64,000 nt of DNA from Candidatus Multivoradales bacterium. Lineage in GTDB: Bacteria > Acidobacteriota > Thermoanaerobaculia > Multivoradales > JAHEKO01. A program made the position numbers and the translations under genes. The notes below the pieces were generated by a model. That model searched no databases. It saw only the letters and a program-made list of their open reading frames with translations, and had not been told where the DNA came from. The stretch is taken from the NCBI GenBank assembly GCA_965223155.1, contig CBDCVR010000014.1, positions 96,001 to 160,000 on the forward strand. The letters are read 5' to 3'. Numbering within the stretch: position 1 is the first letter of the stretch; every line of letters begins with the position of its first letter. Shown here in pieces: positions 58,449-64,000 of this stretch.

Positions 58449-59285
58449 ATGCTCGAACGAACCCTCGAACCGCGAGACCTGACGGTCTCAGATCCAACCA
58501 GCTCCGTACGAAGGCCGGGCCCGAGCACAGCCCGGGACATCGCCGGGCGCTCTTGGGGCTCGACCTACTCGGCCATGGGCCCGGTCGTGGCCCTGGTCCT
58601 GGGATGCTTCTTCGGCCCGCTCCTGGGAGCGGCGCCGGCCACGGCGGCTCCCCCGCCCCAGATCGCCTTCGAGGGCAACGTGGTGCGGGGCACGCGGATC
58701 GCTCCGGGGGGCGACGTCCTGGTGGTGGGGATCTCGCACGAAAGCCTGCCGTTTGAAGCGCGGCGGTTCACCTACGTCGAGATCCTGATCGACGGCGACC
58801 AGGACGGCGCGGTCGACTACGAGCTCGCCAACCCGGTCTCCTCCGGCTCGGTGTGGGCCGTGGTGGACTTGACCAGCGGCAAGTGGGCGATCGCGGCGCC
58901 GGCGGGCTCGCCCATGCGGGCGAAGCCCGGCCGGGGGGTGATTCCCCCGGGGGCTGGAGGCCCGGCCCGGAGCCTGATTGACGCGGGCGAGATGCTGGAC
59001 TTCTTCGTGGCTCGGGCGGGGACGGGAGCCTGGCGGATTACGGCCGGGGACGGCGGCGGCGCGGATCAGGGCGGCGAGGACGATGGCTTGATCGAGGTGG
59101 ATCTCGCCGCCGCGGCGCCGCTCGGAACGACGGCGGCGTTCGACGCCCTGGCGGCGGGCGACGTGATTCTCACGTTCGATCCACGACGTCTCGAGTTCAG
59201 CGCCGGCCGGGTGCGGCCCGGCAAAGGCGGTCCGGAGCTTGCCGACGTGACCGGCGGCGAGGGGGACGAGGGAGGTGTGTCGTGA
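58449..59285 (+). CDS. Secreted hypothetical protein immediately upstream of the Rhs gene
   Basis: Hydrophobic signal-like VVALVLGCFFGPLLGAAPATA followed by a beta-rich domain with DGDQDG. The stop overlaps the Rhs GTG. The true start may be ATG 58575. Confidence 0.6.
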   Translation: MLERTLEPRDLTVSDPTSSVRRPGPSTARDIAGRSWGSTYSAMGPVVALVLGCFFGPLLGAAPATAAPPPQIAFEGNVVRGTRIAPGGDVLVVGISHESLPFEARRFTYVEILIDGDQDGAVDYELANPVSSGSVWAVVDLTSGKWAIAAPAGSPMRAKPGRGVIPPGAGGPARSLIDAGEMLDFFVARAGTGAWRITAGDGGGADQGGEDDGLIEVDLAAAAPLGTTAAFDALAAGDVILTFDPRRLEFSAGRVRPGKGGPELADVTGGEGDEGGVS

Positions 59286-62200
59286 AGCGGCGCGGACACG
59301 AGAGAGCAGCGACGGCGAGGGTGCCGGCCCGGATCGCGGCCCCGACTCGAATTGGAGCGCCGGCCCTTGTAATGACCCTTCTCGCGGCTTTGGCGGCGGT
59401 CTCCGCCTCGGCCGTGGAGCATCCGGACCAAGCAGTCGGCTTCGCGGCCGGCGGCCTCCAGAACCTGGCGATCGACAACGTCTCGACCTACAACGGCGGC
59501 TTGACGGTCGCGGTGCCGGTCGGCCCGATGTTCCAACTAGTCTACAACAGCCACATCTGGAAGACGACGACCGTGGACGGCATCTACACGCAAGTCTTCG
59601 GCAATCCACGCAATACGGCGGGGATGGGCTGGCGCCTGCATCCCGGCAAGCTCTACGCGCCGAACTCCTGGTATGGCAACGAAACCACGGACTGGGTCTA
59701 CGTTGGACCGGACGGCAGCTCGCACAACTTTCACCAGCAGATGCATGTCGGCGAGGACGACGGCGACGGCAACGTTCTCTACACCCGGGACGGAAGCTAT
59801 CTGCGATTGCAGAAGGTGTGGGCAGGGACACAATGGCAAAAGGCGGTCGAGTTCCCAGACGGCACCCGACATATCTTCAAGCCCGTTCCTGGATGGGCAA
59901 CAAACTGGGAGCTTGCGCGGATCGAGGATCGTTTCGGCAACGCCACGACCTTCACCCAAGAGTATCCGGACGGAGGCTGGACCACCAGTCGTCACCTCTG
60001 GACCATCGTGGATCCCCATGGCCGAACCCACCGACTGAACTACGGCTGGCGCGGTGGTGTTCTCGAAAGCGTCGATTACGAGACGGTAGGCGGTCAGCGG
60101 GCCGTCTACCAGTTTGTCTACCAGTACATCCGTCACTTCATTCCGTACGACACCTATCCGTACAACAATGCGAGGCAGAGAAACTCGTTTCTGAAGAAAG
60201 TGATCTTTCCAGACGGCTCCGAGCTCAAGATGACGAAGCCGGATGGTTCGATGGCCTATCTGGGCAGCTACATCGGCTGGCCGACGGGAGTCTTGTCGAG
60301 CGTCGAGCTTCCGACCGGAGGCCGTCTGGAATGGGACTTCATCGAATGGCAGTTCCCGACCGCGAACCCGTCAGACCCTCAGAAGGGCGCCGGGGTGACC
60401 AACCGCCGGATGATCCGGGCCGACGGCACGGTCGAATCGGAGGTCGTCTACGATCAATCCTGGGTGGACGTCAACGGCACCTGGCCGCCGGAGCTCACCC
60501 AAACAGACGTGGTCTACCCGACCGGCCACTGCACGCGGCACTTCTTTCATCAGCAGCGGAACGTCAAGATCGACGGCACCAACGGATGGACGGGATGGGA
60601 CCACGGGCTGTCGTACCGCAAGGACATCGTGGATGGTGAACGCTATCTCTCGAGCGAGGTCTGGGACGGCTCGTCCGGGACCGCCTGCTCGGGAACCAAG
60701 CTGCGCTCGACCTACGCGCGCTACGAGCACGACAAACTGCCGAGCACCACGCACCCGGCGTTTCAGGACGAGTGGTTCGCCTCGAACATCCGGATGAAGA
60801 ACCAACGCATCGTCTACCATGACGACGGCGACCGCTGGGTCGATACCCTCAATGAGGACTTCGACGGCGTCGGCCACTACCGCAAGACCACGGTCTCGGG
60901 GACCCTGGGCCGGTCCCTCAACGATCTCAAGTGGACGGCGACGACCTACAACCCGACGCGCGGCACGTACGAGGTCGACGTCCTCTGGAACACCGAGACC
61001 GCGAACCACACCTACGTGCCGATGACACCTTCGGACGACTGGCTCCTGGGGCTCTACGACGCCGTCGAGACCCATGAGCCCGGGGCCTGGGGCTTCCAGA
61101 CGACGCGAGACGAATTCGACTTCGATCCAGCGACCGGCTTCCTGCGGGCACAGCGAACGCTGGCGAGCGGAACCACCCGCGGCACCAAGGACATCTTGCG
61201 GATCTTCACCCCGACGGCCGAAGGCCAGGTGGCAACGGCCTCGCTCTACGGCAGCGACACCAACCCGCTTACGACCGGCCCCGGCTGGACGCCGCCGGCG
61301 ACTTGGTCCTACCGGATCGAGACCACCTACCAGTTCGGCGCGGTCAAGACCTCGAGAGCGGTCAAGCCGGACGGAACCTATTGGCCGTATCTGGCGACCG
61401 ACGTGGATCTCGACCCCTCGACCGGCAAGGTCCTGGTCTCCCGCGACCCGACGGGCCTGGCGACGACCTACACCTACGACCTTCTGGGAAGAGTCACCGA
61501 GGTGGCCCCCGCCGAAGGGGCCATCACCCGGATCACCTACACCAACGCCGCGGCGGGGGCCCCGGCGATCCAGACCACGGTCCAGTACGCCGCGGACGGC
61601 ACTACCGAGCTCAGACGCTCCGAGGGCTGGTTCGACGATTTCGGCCGCACCTGGCGAGACCGCAAGATGGTTCCCGATCACGGCTGGGTCGAGCGCGAAA
61701 CACTGTACGACGCCTCGGGAGCGGTCTTCTCGGTCTCGGCTTGGGGAGACTTCACGAAAGTCACCCAGACCCTGGCCCGAGACGCCTTCGGCCGACCCAC
61801 CCACGTTCGGCCCGCCGAGGGGGCAGCTCATGACGTCACCTACACCTACCTAGGCGATCGCCAGGTCCACGTCCAAGCCTATGCAGCGACTACCGAGACC
61901 TCTGAAGCCCTTGTTGGCCGGGTGACTCGAAGCGACTCCTTCGGCCGCCTCGATCACGTCCTCGATATGGGACTCGTCGCCGGCCTCGACCAGCGCACCA
62001 ACTACTACTACGACGCCGACGGCAACCTCGGGTCGATCACCGCGATCGCCGCCGACACCTCGGTCGTTCAGGCCCGCTACTTCTGGTACGACCACCGGGG
62101 CTTCCTCAAGCAGGAAAAACACCCCGAGAAAGGCCCGACCGGCAACGGCTACGTCTTCTATTACGACTACGATCCCTCGGGCAAACCCGGCCGGATGGTC

Positions 62201-64000
62201 GATGGCCCGAATCACCTGGGCTATAGCTACGACTCCCTGGGACGCGTTCTCGCCGTCGTCGACAAGAACAACGCCGACCGGCCACTGAAGGAGTACGTCT
62301 ACGACACCGCCCCGGGCCGCGGCGCCGGCAAGCTCGCCCAAGCCACCCGGCACAACTACGTCACCCTCCCCTGGGACGCGACCGAGACGGACGCCTGGGT
62401 GACCGACCTCTACGACTACTCCGGCACCGCCGGAGCGCCCTCGGCCAAGACCACGAGCTTCGCCCGGGGTCCCTACCAATACACCTCGGCCTACGCCTAC
62501 ACCGACGGCGGCGCCATCGGCTCTGTCACCTATCCGACCTGTGACGCGGGCTTTGCCTGCCCCGCCACCCCCGAGCCCGCCCGCACCGTCTCCTACACCT
62601 ACGAGCAGGGGCTGCTCCGCCAGGTCCCGGGCTGGACCAATACCATCACCTACCATCCGACGGGCGCCTGGAGCCAGATGCCCCGGGTCAACACCGTCAC
62701 CGACGGCCGCGACTCCGACCCGGCCTCACCCGATCGCCTAAACCGCTTCCACGCCTCCTCGCCTTCGACCGGAGCCTCCTGGGACTCCGGGCCCATGGCC
62801 TACGATGGCTCGGGCAACTTGAAATCCATCGGCGCCGACACCTACACCTACGATCAGTCCTCGCGCCTCCTCTCCGGCACCGCCGGCGGCGAGCGCCAGG
62901 ACTACACCTACGACGCCTTCGGCAACATCACCCAGATCGCCCATACCGATGCCGGCGACACCCTGACCACCCGCTCCATCGGGGTCGTGCCCTCGACCAA
63001 CCGGTTGTCCGTCGCCACCTACGACGCGGCCGGCAACCTCACCTCCTGGGCCGGCAACACCTACACCTGGGACGCCCTGGGATCGCTGGTCCAGTTCAAC
63101 GGCGGCCAGAACGGCGGCGGCACCTACCTCTACGACGTCGAAGACCGGCGGGTCGCCGTCTTGAAAAGCCCTGACAACACCGCGGCCGCGAAAGATGAGA
63201 CCTACATCGTCCGGAGCCTGGCGGGCCAGACCCTGCGCGAGTTCACCGTCACCGGCCCCACCAGCCCCGCAACCCGGGCCTGGTCCAAGGACTACTTATA
63301 CGCCGCCGGCAACCTCCTTGCATCCGTCAAGACCGATGGCGCAGGAGGCGAAGACATCCGGCACTACCACCGCGACCACCTGGGGAGCCCGCGCTTGATT
63401 ACCGACGCATCAGGCTCCGAGGTGGGCCGGCGGACCTATCTCCCCTACGGCGAAATGGTCACCGACACCGCCTCCGACGAGACCCACAAATACACCCTCC
63501 ACGAACGGGACGAAAACTTCGCCGGCACCGACGACGACCTCGACTACATGCTGGCCAGGTACTACTCCCCGCACTTGGGAAGGTTCCTAAGCTGCGATCC
63601 CGAGAGGGGACGGGCGGAGCGGTTACAGACGCTGAATCGGTATGCGTATGCGTGGGGGAACCCGGTCAAGAATGTGGATCCGGATGGGAGGGATCCGTGC
63701 ACCGTGGAGGTCGTAGAGAGGTATACCGACGATGAAGGAAACGTCGTTGGCACCAGCAAAGGCACCGCGACAGACTGGGCCTGCGTCGAAGCACTTCGAC
63801 GAGAAGAGGAGCTCAGAAATCTCTGCTCCGACCCAGTTTTCAGTCGCTTGAACCCCGAGTGTACTGGGCAGGACTCGGGGCGGGAGCTTCACGAACTCAA
63901 TCCCGGCGCGGAGTTGGAACACTATGAGAACAAGTCGCAGAAGCTGGCCGAACTGATGGCACAGCCTCTAGACTGTGTTCGCCAGGCAACTAGGATGGGC
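59282..64000 (+). CDS. Rhs/YD-repeat polymorphic toxin with N-terminal signal peptide, truncated at window end
   Basis: One frame from GTG 59282, in-frame at every point checked. Signal peptide LVMTLLAALAAVSASA, many YxYD repeats, HLGSPRL, RYYSPHLGRFLSCDP and NRYAYAWGNPVKNVDPDG core, then a variable C-terminus. Confidence 0.9.
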   Translation, partial: MKRRGHERAATARVPARIAAPTRIGAPALVMTLLAALAAVSASAVEHPDQAVGFAAGGLQNLAIDNVSTYNGGLTVAVPVGPMFQLVYNSHIWKTTTVDGIYTQVFGNPRNTAGMGWRLHPGKLYAPNSWYGNETTDWVYVGPDGSSHNFHQQMHVGEDDGDGNVLYTRDGSYLRLQKVWAGTQWQKAVEFPDGTRHIFKPVPGWATNWELARIEDRFGNATTFTQEYPDGGWTTSRHLWTIVDPHGRTHRLNYGWRGGVLESVDYETVGGQRAVYQFVYQYIRHFIPYDTYPYNNARQRNSFLKKVIFPDGSELKMTKPDGSMAYLGSYIGWPTGVLSSVELPTGGRLEWDFIEWQFPTANPSDPQKGAGVTNRRMIRADGTVESEVVYDQSWVDVNGTWPPELTQTDVVYPTGHCTRHFFHQQRNVKIDGTNGWTGWDHGLSYRKDIVDGERYLSSEVWDGSSGTACSGTKLRSTYARYEHDKLPSTTHPAFQDEWFASNIRMKNQRIVYHDDGDRWVDTLNEDFDGVGHYRKTTVSGTLGRSLNDLKWTATTYNPTRGTYEVDVLWNTETANHTYVPMTPSDDWLLGLYDAVETHEPGAWGFQTTRDEFDFDPATGFLRAQRTLASGTTRGTKDILRIFTPTAEGQVATASLYGSDTNPLTTGPGWTPPATWSYRIETTYQFGAVKTSRAVKPDGTYWPYLATDVDLDPSTGKVLVSRDPTGLATTYTYDLLGRVTEVAPAEGAITRITYTNAAAGAPAIQTTVQYAADGTTELRRSEGWFDDFGRTWRDRKMVPDHGWVERETLYDASGAVFSVSAWGDFTKVTQTLARDAFGRPTHVRPAEGAAHDVTYTYLGDRQVHVQAYAATTETSEALVGRVTRSDSFGRLDHVLDMGLVAGLDQRTNYYYDADGNLGSITAIAADTSVVQARYFWYDHRGFLKQEKHPEKGPTGNGYVFYYDYDPSGKPGRMVDGPNHLGYSYDSLGRVLAVVDKNNADRPLKEYVYDTAPGRGAGKLAQATRHNYVTLPWDATETDAWVTDLYDYSGTAGAPSAKTTSFARGPYQYTSAYAYTDGGAIGSVTYPTCDAGFACPATPEPARTVSYTYEQGLLRQVPGWTNTITYHPTGAWSQMPRVNTVTDGRDSDPASPDRLNRFHASSPSTGASWDSGPMAYDGSGNLKSIGADTYTYDQSSRLLSGTAGGERQDYTYDAFGNITQIAHTDAGDTLTTRSIGVVPSTNRLSVATYDAAGNLTSWAGNTYTWDALGSLVQFNGGQNGGGTYLYDVEDRRVAVLKSPDNTAAAKDETYIVRSLAGQTLREFTVTGPTSPATRAWSKDYLYAAGNLLASVKTDGAGGEDIRHYHRDHLGSPRLITDASGSEVGRRTYLPYGEMVTDTASDETHKYTLHERDENFAGTDDDLDYMLARYYSPHLGRFLSCDPERGRAERLQTLNRYAYAWGNPVKNVDPDGRDPCTVEVVERYTDDEGNVVGTSKGTATDWACVEALRREEELRNLCSDPVFSRLNPECTGQDSGRELHELNPGAELEHYENKSQKLAELMAQPLDCVRQATRMG

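Noticed and set aside
59275-63922. Multiple medium ORFs listed across the Rhs region
   Set aside because: They are alternate-frame or antisense artefacts of the single long Rhs frame starting at 59282.

Overview
GC-rich bacterial chromosomal window, mostly densely coding, with about 50 CDS or gene remnants. No rRNA, tRNA, CRISPR array or intact transposase was recognised. Gene content (lpxD, TonB, OmpA, bactofilin, TPR/M16 proteins, signal-peptide Rhs) points to a diderm, probably an Acidobacteriota-type organism; this is an inference. Highlights: (1) a divergent sigma54 locus, with a QseF/QseE/QseG-like regulator-kinase-lipoprotein trio facing a bactofilin-OmpA operon that has a clear -24/-12 promoter, a palindromic enhancer and a structured 3' element; (2) a 1267-aa amidohydrolase fused to about 780 aa of unassigned sequence, upstream of a GGDEF-HhH cyclase coupled to a secreted DUF6265/atypical-kinase-like fusion; (3) a GT2 / nucleoside-phosphorylase-like / SPL-like radical SAM trio; (4) two divergent signal-less GH99-like paralogues with a Tat partner; (5) tandem lpxD paralogues; (6) a Sec-signal Rhs toxin over 1500 aa, with an overlapping secreted partner, running off the window end. 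Also seen are two single-base frameshifts, two gene remnants, probable non-canonical CTG and ACG starts, and several leaderless-type promoters. All product calls come from motif recognition by eye; no searches were run.
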